Of a stretch of DNA of 64,000 bases, positions 40,738 through 53,744 are shown piece after piece. The first letter of the stretch is position 1, and each line of letters begins with the position of its first letter. The translations under genes were made by a program, and so were the position numbers. The notes beneath the pieces are model-generated. The model saw only the letters and a program-made list of their open reading frames with translations. It was not told the origin of the DNA and searched no databases. Source of the DNA: Eledone cirrhosa. Its lineage: Eukaryota. The stretch lies in the NCBI GenBank assembly GCA_964016885.1, contig OZ024743.1, positions 113,708,001 to 113,772,000 on the forward strand. The letters are read 5' to 3'.

Positions 40738-40868
40738 ATATATAGTTGTGGAGGGAAATTAGGGCTCACAAAGGAATGTGTAAAGGCTTCAAAAACATCA
40801 TCTTTGTCCATTCCTTTGTTGTTTTAGTTGTGGATTGCCTCGAGGACATAACCTTATTATGTAATGAA

Positions 40869-40943
40869 GCTGTCTGATGAGATCATAGCACTGGTTGTGT
40901 GGAATCACGTGGCCACTGTCGTCATAGAAATATGTATCACAGC
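40869..40943 (+). ncRNA. Type I hammerhead motif with extended stem II
   Basis: GCTGT-CTGATGA-[46 nt incl. TGGTTGTGTG gaat CACGTGGCCA]-GAA-ATATGTAT-C-ACAGC, then AATAAA. Confidence 0.65.
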
Positions 40944-41108
40944 CTTATCAATAAAGACTTTATCATCTACAACTACTTTGCATTTTCTTATTCTATACAT
41001 ATACATATATATATCTAAAGAACTATACTGGATCGTCCTTCGCATGGCTGAACAAGGGACGCATGCAGCCTTAGGTAGAGAGGCCTGTTCGAAAAATATA
41101 CTGTAGTC

Positions 41109-41453
41109 TGGAGGCACATGGCTTAGTGGTTAAAGCATTGGGCTTGCAATCAAAAGGTTGTGAGTTCAATTCTCAGACCGGGTGATGTGTTGTTTCCTTG
41201 AGCAAGACACTTTATTTCATATTGCTCCAGTTTACTCAGCTGTAGAAATGAGATGATAGGGACTGGGGTCCATATCACTCCACTGCAAAGTGGTCGTGTA
41301 GGTGCCATGGCAAAAAAGCACCCAGCACTCACTGCAAATGAGGTTGGTATTAGGAAGGGCATCCAGCTGTAGAAATCAAGCCAGAATCAGTTCCCGTCCC
41401 ACCCTTGCAAGCAGGGAAAAAGCGGACGTAAAATGAAATGATGATGATGATGA
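41109..41453 (+). mobile_element. Full-length tRNA-derived CORE-like SINE with RTE 3' tail
   Basis: A box TGGCTTAGTGG, B box GAGTTCAATTC, CCTTGAGCAAGACACTT core, TAGGAAGGGCATCC, (GAT)n; AGTCT on both sides. Confidence 0.85.
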
Positions 41454-41570
41454 GTCTCCATTTCATGTTGCAAAAACTGGCAATGTGTCTGCGACATGTC
41501 TTGGGAGGCATGGGGTGGATGCACAAAGACTGTGTCCCAAGACCCTAAAGAGGATTCGGAAGAGAAAAAA

Positions 41571-41631
<61 letters not shown>

Positions 41632-41829
41632 GTTTAAATTTGGTGATTCACCACTAATGTTTAATGTAGAAATGGGTTTTTACAGGATTGAATGAAATAA
41701 TTCTAGTCCTGTAGAAGCCATTTCTATATTAAACATTATGTTTACACTCTACTAATGTATTCAGTACCTTACTTACTATGGTTACCCCCCGATTGAACCA
41801 GGGACTCACACACACACACACACACACAC

Positions 41830-42325
41830 ATTAATAAAAGGAATTCCAACTTTGTCTGATTTACTCGTTTTATTTACAATCCTTTAAAATTTATAATGGT
41901 ATTAGAATGAAATAGTATGGTAGAATATTAAATGTTAAGTGTTAATTGAACAAGTACTTTAATGATAAGTGTTAATTGAACAAGTACTTTAATGATAAGT
42001 GTTAATTGAACAAGTACTTTAATGATAAGTGTTAATTGAACAAGTACTTTAATGATAAGTGTTAATTGAACAAGTACTTTCGCAATCTTCAGCTTCATAA
42101 TGTGTGGTGACAGTCAAGTTTGCAATTTTCACAATTGAAAATTGCAAACTTGACTGTCACCACACATTATGAACCTGAAGATTGCGAAAGCATGAAAGTA
42201 CTTGTTCAAGTAACACTTATCATTTAATATTCTACCATACTATTTCATTCTAATACCATTATAAATTTTAAAGGATTGTAAATAAAACGAGTAAATCAGA
42301 CAAAGTTGGAATTCCTTTTATTAAT
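41830..42325. mobile_element. Fold-back element with hammerhead and internal 30-bp tandem
   Basis: Arms mirror about 42131-42136; left arm has 5 x 30 bp (41931-42080). Confidence 0.85.
42170..42208 (+). ncRNA. Minimal type I hammerhead motif
   Basis: TGAAC-CTGAAGA-tTGCgaaaGCAt-GAA-AGTACT-T-GTTCA. Confidence 0.7.
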
Positions 42326-42355
42326 ATAATCTTCTATACACAATCATACACACCC

Positions 42356-42376
42356 GTGTATGTTTATCTATGTATC

Positions 42377-42459
<83 letters not shown>

Positions 42460-42466
42460 ATGTGTG

Positions 42467-42529
<63 letters not shown>

Positions 42530-42660
42530 GTATATGTGTATGTGTATGTGTGTATATATATATTTATGTATGTGTGTGTGTGTGTATGTGTGTATATATA
42601 TATGTGTGTGTGTGTATGTGTATATATATATATGTGTGTGTGTGTATGTGTGTATATATA

Positions 42661-42720
<60 letters not shown>

Positions 42721-42816
42721 TATATATATACACACATACACACATATATATATATATATATATACACATACACACACACATATATATATATACACACATA
42801 CATATATATATATATA

Positions 42817-42861
<45 letters not shown>

Positions 42862-42882
42862 CATTATATATATATATACACA
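42356..42882. repeat. (TG/TA)n switching to (CA/TA)n microsatellite
   Basis: Directly visible. Confidence 0.9.
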
Positions 42883-43255
42883 CCGTTAAAGGTTCTTGGC
42901 ACTACCATTGTTACCATTGCTTTCCTCTAGCCATGGGGCTTGGAGACATGAACCGAATGCTACCATTCTATTTTATATCAATGTGAACTGCTATTTCTAA
43001 TAGCCATCTTTTCACCCCTTGACAATTTGTGTGTGAGACACTTTGGCTGAGTGTTTCTGACAGGAACTAATAGATTGATTCTTTTTAGCTTCCCATCACC
43101 ATGTAAAATTTATAAATCAGTGGCTAGTTGAGAGATAGAGTCCTATTGGTTGCCAGTTGCTCATAGCTTTACTGTGTCGGTTGTCACAAACAGTCATGAT
43201 TGGCATGGGCCGGTGTTTGGATTCTGTCGATCGATTGGTTATTGATTAGGCAATA

Positions 43256-43365
43256 CCCGCTGATGAAGCCACATAAGCCGATTGTGCATTGTTGCATAAT
43301 ATAAGCAGACAGATGGTGCAGTGCACCTTACTGCTGCATTAGTGCGGCAGAAACTCGAGTCCGGG
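43256..43365 (+). ncRNA. Type I hammerhead motif with 83-nt stem II region
   Basis: CCCG-CTGATGA-aGCC...GGCa-GAA-ACTCGAGT-C-CGGG; GUC site after 43361. Confidence 0.7.
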
Positions 43366-44371
43366 AACCTTATAGGCACCCGTTTTACGTGTGTTGTGTT
43401 GAGGCAAATAACTATGTGTATACTCTGGTAATGTATCTTACATTGCCCATTGAGTGCGCTGAGATACAACCGGTACTGGTATTGTTAAATATGCTGGGTC
43501 CGTCAACCCTTATTATTATATATATATATATGTGTGTATAAATATATATATATATATATACATACATACATACATATATGTGTTCATGTGTCCCTTTCTT
43601 TAGGTATTTATGTCCTTTACTTTAGCAGTTTGGCAGTACCTGACTTGTAAACAAAATAACACTGGGTTTGATATGATCAACTAAAACTTTCAAACTGCCC
43701 CGGAATGGCCACAGTCTAATAACTGAAAGTAATAAAATACTAAAATTACAAAATAATTATATCTTTTTAACACCAATCAAATTTTTATATTGCTGGTGGA
43801 TAGGGGTTATCAATTTTTTGTGGAGCTTGGAGGGGGGTTTTGATGGAACATAGAGTAGGGTTGGGAAAGGTCAAGTACCACTGTGTTAAACCCATAAAAA
43901 ACACAAACTGTTGAGGGTCTAGGGAGTTAGGTGGGTAAGAAGCTAGCTTAAACCCTGAGTTGGTGTCCAGTCTACCATATCATGGAAATAGCAAAAGAAC
44001 ACAAACAGTTCTCCTTTGGTGGTGCCGGTGGTGGTGGTGGTGGTGGCAGAAATAGTGTTGGTGGTGATAGCAGTGGGGTTTGTAACAGCAGTGGTGTTGG
44101 GGATGGCAGAAATAGTGGTGGTGTAGGTGGCGGTGGTGGTGGTGTTAGTGATGGCAGCAACTGTGGTGGTGGAGGTGGCATGCCCCCTTCCTCCTCCATG
44201 GCTGCACCACCACCACCACCACCACCACCGCCACCACAGTCTCTTCATGACCAACATATCTTGTGTACTGTAGCCATATTGCATGTCCTCCTGAAAGATA
44301 TCACTCTAGCCACACCTGTCACCCAGGAGATATGCATGACACGACCATCTTATTATTATTAATAAATGAAA

Positions 44372-44424
<53 letters not shown>

Positions 44425-44725
44425 TTATTCCAGTTATGATTCATACCCAACTAAACCATATTGAGAAATGAAAACAGGTTCATAAGTTAGGTTAGTAATA
44501 TTGAACATTAATAAGAGTGGATGTGGACGGGGCAGTGAGAGAGGCAATCAGCTCATACTCCTAGTCTAGCAGCATCAAAGAACTAATAAAATCTAGTAAA
44601 ACCTCTGAAATAATGAATACTCAGGAAAATAAAATATGTATATAATAATCAATAAAAAACTTGGGCATTTTGTTTTCTGTTTTGGCTTTTTTGCAAGTGT
44701 GTATGTATACATGTGAATATGTGTG

Positions 44726-44762
<37 letters not shown>

Positions 44763-44910
44763 TTATATATATATATTTATTTACTAACAACCCAGAGATT
44801 ATATTTAAGGCTTTTCTGATTTGTTACCACTAATGTTTTAACTATCACAATTTGTGTTTTGTATGTGGTTATTTTCTCTCTCTCTCTCAATATATATATA
44901 TATATATATA

Positions 44911-45295
44911 TCATCATCATCATTCTACGTCCGCTTTTACCTGCTTGCAAGGGTGGGACGGGACTGACTCTGGCTTGATTTCTACAGCTGGATGCCCTTC
45001 CTAACACCAACCTCATTTACAGTGAGTACTGGGTGCTTTTATTCTGTGGTGCCTACACATCCACGTTACAGTGTGGGCTGGGTGCTTTTTTTGCCATGGT
45101 AGCTCCACAACCACTTTGCAGTGGAATGATAGGGACCCCAGTCCCTATCATCTCATTTCTACAGCTGAGTAAACTGGAGCAATGTGAAATAAAGTGTCTT
45201 GCTCAAGGAAACAACACATCACCCGGTCTGAGAATTGAACTCACAACCTTTCGATTGCAAGGCCAATGCTCTAACCACTAAGCCATGTGCCTCCA
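44911..45295 (-). mobile_element. Full-length tRNA/CORE-like SINE
   Basis: Reverse complement of the 41109-41453 family. Confidence 0.85.
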
Positions 45296-45306
45296 TATAT
45301 ATATAT

Positions 45307-45378
45307 AGTGTCCCCCAAAAATGTATACACACTTTGATTAGAATGTTGTTGAAGTGTGTATACGTTTTGGGGGGGACA
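45307..45378. mobile_element. Tiny Tc1/mariner-like MITE
   Basis: TGTCCCCCAAAAATGTATACACACTT / AAGTGTGTATACGTTTTGGGGGGACA. Confidence 0.55.
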
Positions 45379-45615
45379 ATCATCCTGTGTGTGTATGTAT
45401 ATATATATATATATAGAGAGAGAGATGTGTATATATATATATATATATTCTTTTAATGGTTTATTCAGAAGTTTGTGAGGGTACGGTGCCCATGACCTTT
45501 CTAGTTAGGCCCTTAGAGACTGGTCTGATAACTGGCAAAATTAATGATGTGAGCGGAACAGAAAAAATTTAGCTATGTATACAATAAATACACTGTTTCT
45601 CTTTGTTTAGTTTTG

Positions 45616-45684
<69 letters not shown>

Positions 45685-45722
45685 GGAGAGAGAGGGAGAG
45701 GGAGAGAGACTAACAAGCTTAC

Positions 45723-45791
45723 TTATTGCACTTATAATGAATACATGATCAAAGTCATTGCCCTCTTTATTTTTTCCTGAATCTACTAATG
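45723..45791 (-). other. Candidate 69-nt phase 1-1 exon
   Basis: ctttttttag|CATTAGTA...GCAATAA|gtaagc; open frame LVDSGKNKEGNDFDHVFIISAI. Confidence 0.3.
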
Positions 45792-46244
45792 CTAAAAAAA
45801 GATGATTTCTTCAAAGTGCTGCTAGGCTACCCTCATAAAAGTAGTTAGACATATCTATTCAGTCAAAGAGAATACTTTAAAGTAAATATTTCTTTAAAAA
45901 TAGAAACAATTACTAGTATAGCTTTACCTATTTAGTATTTTGATATTCTTGTCACTTAGTAATCATTATCCCAGCAAGAGGAACACTTGGTGTAACACTC
46001 AAATGAGGCACTACCAAGTTAACTTTTGTTCTCAATAAACATTGTACAAGCTAATGTGGTATTATGACCTAGTAAGAATAGCAGCCAAACTCCTTCAAAT
46101 CACACCGTAGAAAGACATTTTAGACAATGTGATCCTGGTTTTCGTGCATATAGAAAAAAAATGTGGATTAAACCCACAACCCGATGACTGCAAAGTGAAC
46201 TTTTAAACCATTTGATCATTAAATGTATCCATTAAACAACAACA

Positions 46245-47010
46245 AACATGAATACTGTTCATATATCTAGTACCATGTATTAGAGTACTGTCTATATATC
46301 TAGTGCCATGAACAAGTGTACTCTCTATATATCTAGTGCCATGAACAAGTGTACTCTATATATATCTAATAACATGTATTAGAGTACTGTTCATATATCT
46401 AGTGCCATGTATTAGAGTACTGTCTATATATCTAGTGCCATGAACAAGTGTACTCTCTATATATCTAGTGCCATGAACAAGTGTACTCTATATATATCTA
46501 ATAACATGTATTAGAGTACTGTTCATATATCTAGTGCCATGTATTAGCGTACTGTCTATATATCTAGTGTCATGAACAAGTGTACTCTCTATATATCTAG
46601 TGCCATGAACAAGTGTACTCTATATATATCTAATAACATGTATTAGAGTACTGTTCATATATCTAGTGCCATGTATTAGCGTACTGTCTATACATCTAAT
46701 AACATGTATTAGAATATTTACTCTTCACATATCTAATAACATGTATTCGAGTACTGTCTATATATTTAGTGTCATGTATTAGAGTACTATTTATATATCT
46801 AGTACCATGTATTAGAGTACTGTTCATATATCTAGTGCCATGTATTAGAGTACTGTCTATAGTAGCATGTATTAGAATACTTGCTGTTCATATATCTAAT
46901 AACATTTATTAGAATACTGTTCATATATCTAGTGCCATGTATTAGAGTAATGTCTATACATCTAATAACATGTATTAGAATACTTACTGTATATATATCT
47001 AGTGCCATGC
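46245..47010. repeat. 33-bp minisatellite (copy 1)
   Basis: ATGTATTAGAGTACTGTCTATATATCTAGT(GCC/ACG) units. Confidence 0.9.
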
Positions 47011-47259
47011 TCTCTCTTTATAATCAGTTCATTCACCTCATTAGAATCTAATATTTGGTCTATTATCTGATCTGCTGATAGCTTTCTCCTTGGGTAATTT
47101 TTGGTGATTTAGATTTTAGATAAACTTCAAATCACACCTTACCATATTTTAAAAAGACATTTTATACAATGTGATCCTGGTTTCCGTGCATATAGAAAAA
47201 AGTTGACATGTTCACAGTTGAAATGTCTTTGATCATAGGTCGGCTTGATCAAGGTTTAA

Positions 47260-47881
47260 CACTTTAAAATTTAAACTGGCTGTATCTGGCCAGAATTCTC
47301 TTGTCTCTTTCAGTTCAAACCAGCTGTAACTGGCCATTCATACTGACGTTAAGGTATTGTTTTCAAAATAAATACCATCAAAATCTCATAGATTCAATAT
47401 TATGTGAGATAATTATGTAAGATAAACCCTTTACCACAAAAAATACAATAGTATATATAGAGTAATGTAAATGCTAAAGAGTTAAACTGGATGTATCTGG
47501 CCAGAATTCTCTCACTTCTTTCTGTTCAAACCAGCTATAACTGGCCACTCATACCAACGTTCAGGTATTGTTCTCAAAATACATATCGAAATTTCATAGA
47601 TTTGATATTATGTGAGATAATTATGTAAGATAAACCCTTTACCATGAAAATACAATAGTATATATAGAGTAATGTAAATATTAAAGGGTTAAACTGGCTG
47701 TATCCGACCAGAATTCTCTCACCTTTTTGTATTCAAACCAGCCCTAACAGGCCACTCATACTGACGTTAAGGTACTGTTCTCAAAATAAATAATATCAAA
47801 ATCTCATTCTGTATTATGTGAGGTAAAGCCTTTACTGCGAAAATACAATTGTAAATATAGAATAATGTAAATGCTAAAGGG
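47260..47881 (+). mobile_element. Head-to-tail trimer of the piggyBac-type MITE
   Basis: Three units of about 200 bp, each ending TAAAG(G/A)GTTAA. Confidence 0.8.
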
Positions 47882-48249
47882 TTAAGTAATGTGGAAAGGA
47901 CTTGAATGAGGAGTGTTCCAATTGATTGATCAATGGCATAGCTTGCTCATGAAATGAACTTGTAAGTGGCTGAGTATTCCATAAATGTATGTACCCTTAA
48001 TGTAATTCTCGGGGAGATTCAGCATAGTACAGAGGGTGACAAGATTGATCCTATGAATTACAGGTACAGTCCATCATATAGGCTTCCAACAATATTCGTC
48101 TACTCAACCTGAGACTAAACTAAATGACACTTGCCTAAAATTTCACACGGTGGGATTGAACCCACAACCTAATGACTGCAAAGTGAACTTTTTGATTATT
48201 AAATGTATCCATTAAACAACAACAAACGTGTTATCAGTATGGAGCCTTG

Positions 48250-48735
48250 ACACTTCATATATAGTAACATGCATTAGAGTACTGTCTATATAGGACCATG
48301 TATTATAGTACTGTCTACATATTTAGTACCATCTATTAGAATACTGTCTATATATCTAGTACGATGTATTAGAGTACTGTCTATATATCTAGTACGATGT
48401 ATTAGAGTACTGTCTATATATCTAGTACGATGTATTAGAGTACTGTCTATATATCTAGTACGATGTATTAGAGTACTGTCTATATATCTAGTACGATGTA
48501 TTAGAGTACTGTTTATATATCTAGTACGATGTATTAGAGTACTGTCTATATATCTAGTACAATGTATTAAAGTATTGTCTATATATCTAGTGCCATGAAC
48601 AAGTGTACTCTCTATATATCTAATATCATGTATTAGAATACTGTTCATATATCTAGTGCCATGTATTAGAGTAATGTCTATACATCTAATAACATGTATT
48701 AGAATACTTACTGTACATATATCTAGTGCCATGCT
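48250..48735. repeat. 33-bp minisatellite (copy 2)
   Basis: Same unit; 11-aa repeat IDSTLIHRTRY in the ORF track. Confidence 0.9.
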
Positions 48736-49501
48736 TTCTCTTTATAGTCAGTTCATTCACCTCATTAGAATCTAATATTTGGTCTATTATCTGATCTGCT
48801 GATAGCTTTCTCCTTGGGTAATTTTTGGTGATTTAGATTTAGAAAAACTGGGAATAATGTAAGCAAACATTCAGATGTGTTTTCTGTGAACACACAAGCT
48901 GATATGAAACAAGGCATCTGATTGACTAGGAAATTGCTAGGTAATTTGTTTATGAACTTGAACACTTTACAGCTGCTTGTGTTGTGAATAATACAATGCT
49001 GTTGTGGCCAATAGTTTTGTCTGTCATGTTAAAAACTGAATCTTTATTTTCATAGCCCTTACAATATTTACTGATAAAATCTGTCTTTCAACTTCTATTG
49101 ATATAATATCACATTGATGTAGCACCAACCAATCCTAACACCCTTCCTTCTCAATCCAACCGTGATATAAATAAGACACAATATATCTATCCTATGAGGA
49201 CAGCATCTGTCTTCACTGGAAAACCACAGGAACTTGTCTAATATGCCAAACAACTCTCCAAATCACTGTTACCCATCAGCTTAAATTACCCATCAAAGTG
49301 AATCCTTTCTCTTCTCACTTCACTTTTGTAAGCAATGCCCTGATAATCTCTTTAGATAAATATACATACTTTTCACAAAACATTTCATTACTGCTTTCAA
49401 CAACTTAGTTTTAAAAGTAGCTTTCTTTCAATACTCTACTTGATATTCGTATTTTCATATAGATTCTCTTATCTCAACTTCCATGTAGTTGAAATCATTA
49501 C

Positions 49502-49561
49502 CAAAATTCCAATTTATAATATGGCGAGGGGTGTCCTCAGTAACTTTATATATTCTCACAC
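49502..49561 (-). other. Candidate 60-nt phase 1-1 exon
   Basis: ttttctttag|GTGTGAGA...AATTTTG|gtaatg; open frame VRIYKVTEDTPRHIINWNF. Confidence 0.3.
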
Positions 49562-50135
49562 CTAAAGAAAACTGAGAATACTAGTTATCAACAGAACTTA
49601 TCTTATGGGATATGTTTATTATGGGGATGGTTCAAAAACAACTTTTATTTTTTTTAATTATATAAATATATATCTTTTCTCTAAAATTCCAAGCTAAGGA
49701 TGTTATCCAAGCTGGAAACATTGTCAGACTTTCTGATGAAGGTTATTATTTGCATTGGCAGAATCAGTAGCGAGTCAGACACCTAGCTTTGCAGCATAGA
49801 GTTACGGCCCTTTACGACCTGAGTTCAAATCCCGCCGAGGTTAAATTTGCCTTTCATCCTTATGGGATCGATAAAATAATGTACCAGTAATGTACTGGGA
49901 TAATTGCTGGCCTTGTGCCAAAAGTAGAAGCAATTATTAGCGTCAGACACCATGTTTTACAGCATAGATATACGGCCCTTTACGTTCTGATTTCATATCC
50001 CACCAAGGTTAGCTTTGCTTTTCATCTTTTTGGGGTCGATAAAATAAAGCATCAGTAACGATTTAATCGACTTCCTCCTCTCCCCAAAATGGCCTTGTGC
50101 CTATATAAGAAACCATTATTATTAGTACCAGTAAT

Positions 50136-50480
50136 CATTTCATCATCATCATTTCATTTTACATCCACTTTTCCCTGCTTGCAAGGGTGGGACGGGAACT
50201 GATTCTGGCTTGATTTCTACAGCTGGATGCCCCTCCTAACACCAACCTCATTTACAGTGAGTGCTGGGTGCTTTTTTGCTGTGGTACCTACACGTCCTCT
50301 TTGCAGTGGAATGATATGGACCCCAGTCCCTATCATCTCATTTCTACAGCTGAGTAAACTGGAGCAATGTGAAATAAAGTGTCTTGCTCAAGGAAACAAC
50401 ACACCACCCGGTCTGAGAATTGAACTCACAACCTTTCGATTGCAAGGCCAATGCTCTAACCACTAAGCCACGTGCCTCCA
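50136..50480 (-). mobile_element. Full-length tRNA/CORE-like SINE inside a Nin-SINE cluster
   Basis: Same family as 41109-41453; AGTAAT on both sides. Confidence 0.8.
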
Positions 50481-51351
50481 TAGTAATGCATTGGATAATT
50501 GCTGTCCTTGTGCCAAACGTAGAAACAATTATTATTATTATTATTATTATCATCATAAAATAAAGTACCAGTAATGCACTGGGGTAATTGCTGGCCTTGT
50601 GCCAAAAGTAGAAACAATTATTATTATTATCATTATTATTATCCATCTATCTATTTACCTATCTATTTATATTAAAATTGCTATCTCCTTTTCATATGGT
50701 CTACAAGGTAAATAAATGCTTCAATGATGATATAACACACATGCAAGCATAAAAAAATGGATGTAAAATGGATGATATATATGTATGTTCTTCTGGTTTT
50801 ATAATTTTATAAATTTTTACCAATAGAGAGAGAGAGAAAGAGTTGGTTTCTAACATAGATACAATACTCTCTCATTGGAATTTAGACAACAGCAACTAGG
50901 TAGATATGTATGCATGCCTGCATGCATGCATGCATGCATATGTGTGCAGGCATGGATGTTATTGTATTTGTGGATGTGGATGTTTTGAGTTTATGCATGT
51001 ATGTATATATGTATGTATATATGTGTGTGTGTATGTGTCATAGTATAGGTGCCATATTTTATTATCTTTGATTTAAAAAAAAAAATCTATAATATTGAAT
51101 GCATTATTGATAATCTGTAAAACACTTATATATTTTGGGAGTAGCTATTAAAGCAAGGTAGAGACTATGAAAGATGTCTATGGTAACCCTGCATTATTAC
51201 AAAACTTAAATATATATAATACACATTGCACTGTAGCGAATTTATTAAGGCAAAAAAGATGAATTAATAAATAAAAAATATGATTTTTGTTCATATATTC
51301 AACGCTGCTGCTGCTGCTTCTTCTTCTTCTTCTCCTTCTCCTTCTTCACGG

Positions 51352-51690
51352 TTATTGAATTGAAGATAGTGAGTTTGGCCGAGTTAGGCCTTTACACCTA
51401 CCCCTTCTTCTGATTACCGAATGCTGAAGCTGGTACATTACTGCACCAGCTCCTGAAATTCTTACACTTAATTCAGCCTCTTGCCTTCCATCAAACATGG
51501 CCCCGAGATACTTGAACTTCACCACTTGTTTCAGTAGAATCCCATTCACATGTAGAATGTACTGTGAAGACTTTCTTGAGAGGACAAGTGTCTCAATCTT
51601 TGCAAGCACTGATTTGAATTCTAGCTGTGCAACACTCAGCATCAAACCTCTCATGTTCATGTTGGAGATCCAATTCACCTCCTGATACCA
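51352..51690 (-). pseudogene. Old LINE RT fragment
   Basis: LHVNGILLKQVVKFKYLG motif. Confidence 0.65.
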
Positions 51691-51902
51691 TAAATTCACT
51701 AAGAATATATAACAGCAACAGAAAGAACACATTATAAACAACAGTGTATTAGTTTTAAACTAATATAAAAGAATGTCAAAGTTTCATACACTAATCCTTT
51801 ATCAGAAAGCAGAACATGCATGGAAAAAAGGTTGTTTTTAAGAAAGAAGAAAAGAAACAGTAATGAAAATAAAAAACAAGAAAAAGAAGACATGGTTTAG
51901 TT

Positions 51903-52079
51903 CAGGCATGTCAAACTGAGGGTGCCTCGTGGGCCACATGGGTCATATTATGTGTTGTCTGAGGGCCACACACAACTAATTGTGCACATTACAACTAATT
52001 TTTTAAAATTTTATATTACAAAGATAAAATATGCTCATGCTGTAAAAATCTTTGTGAGGGCTGCATATTGGCATGCCTG
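51903..52079. mobile_element. hAT-like MITE
   Basis: TIRs CAGGCATGTCAA / TTGGCATGCCTG; GTTTA-like flanks. Confidence 0.6.
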
Positions 52080-53523
52080 GTTTATTATATTTATGGGTTT
52101 TTTTATGTAAGAAGAAAAGCGAAATGATGAAAAAAAACATGGTTTAATTAAAAAGAGTGTATTATATTTTTAAATAGAAGTTGTTTGTCGTTAGAAAGGG
52201 TATCAAGCTGTAGAAACCATGCCAAATATAGAACATAATGAATAAACATTGGTTGCTCTGACTCGTCTGGTCTTGGAACATGCCTGCTCATTGAACCCAT
52301 GCCAACATGGAAAATTGACGTAAAATGATGATGAGAAATCTAGTACATCTGAGGGCTAATATTATAATGCTTCAATTTGTCTTTCATACAACATAGATTG
52401 AAGGCAGCAAATTGACATACTCACTAGAACATTAGATTAAAAATATTTCAGTATTTGTTCCAGCTCATTGCACTCTGAGTTCAGATCCTGTTAAATTCAA
52501 CTTTACCATTCAAGGCTGATAAATATAGTACCAGTCCAGTACTCAATACTCTCTCTCTCTCATAAAATCTGTTCTGTGATTTTTTTCCTTAGACATTCTA
52601 ACAACATGTCTGTCGTACTGAAGTTGTGATCTCTTGATTCAGAGAAGTAGCAGCTCTGCTGTGAAGGAAACAATAGAGAGATGAGAAAACAAAAAACATT
52701 GATGTCAAAAATAATGGTAGATTGATGAAAAAGACTATGATATAATTATTTGCAATTTAGGAAGAAGACCAGCAATTTAAGGAGAGGAGAAAGTCAATGA
52801 AATCGACCACAGAATATGACTGATTCATTATGTTATTGGTAGTAGCACTGACATAGCACGATCTATATATAAATTTCTGTGATTCTGTCACAACATGTAA
52901 AGAGAGAGAAGTAGTTTGACTACCTCATACTACTCCTCTCTCTTTACATCTGCTGCCCATGGGAATGTATGTGTGTAAAAGGAAGGGGATGGTGAAAAAA
53001 CTACGTTGTGTATGAGTTTGTGTGAATGTTTGTGTGAGTGTGTATTTTTGTAAGTGTGTTTGTGCATTTATATTTATATACTCATACATATAAATGTATG
53101 CATATACACATACGCATCAGCGTATGGAAAAAAAATTCTAGTTCATTATAAAGGTGTATATGAAGGCATATATATATGTTTCTGTATAATAAATATATAT
53201 ATGTCTTACTATGACTGTTTTAAGCTGTGATCATGTCACAACTATCTCAGCAGCTGTGTGAGGATACCAGACATTTGTGTTTCAAGATTTTTTATTCATC
53301 ATCGGTGATGTTTACTCACAAGGTACTGAGATTAGAATATACTATGGGTTATATAATTTTTGTACATGAAACATCTGCTTGAGAAGTTCATTTGCATATA
53401 GTGTGTGCTTGGCTTGGCTGAGATTAATTAGTAGTAGCACTAACATAGTGTGCTTCATAATAGAGATGTATATAAAGGCATAAATGCTATAGATGAGAGC
53501 GCAGTGACATAATCACAGCTTAA

Positions 53524-53744
53524 CCCTTTAGCATTTAAACCGGCTGTATCCAGACAGAATTCTCTCACCTCTTTCTGTTCAAACCAGTCGTAACTAGCCA
53601 CTCATACCGATGTTAAGGTATTGTTTTCAAAATAAATATCATCAAAATCTGATAGATTCAATATTATGTGAGATAATTATGTGAGGTAAAGCCTTTACCA
53701 TGTAAATACAATAGTATATATAGAGTAATGTAAACGCTAAAGGG
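53524..53744 (+). mobile_element. piggyBac-type MITE, best preserved copy (221 bp)
   Basis: TTAA|CCCTTTAGCATTTA ... TAAACGCTAAAGGG|TTAA. Confidence 0.9.

Noticed and set aside
41109-41180. tRNA gene
   Set aside because: A/B boxes continue into a multicopy SINE body; no acceptor stem or terminator
43943-44362. Pro/Gly/Thr-rich ORFs resembling formin or mucin
   Set aside because: Degenerate GGT/CCA repeat open in several frames
48761-48848. Exon-like segment or piggyBac N-terminus (PRRKLSADQIIDQILDSNE)
   Set aside because: Stops in all three frames from the acceptor; too short to assign
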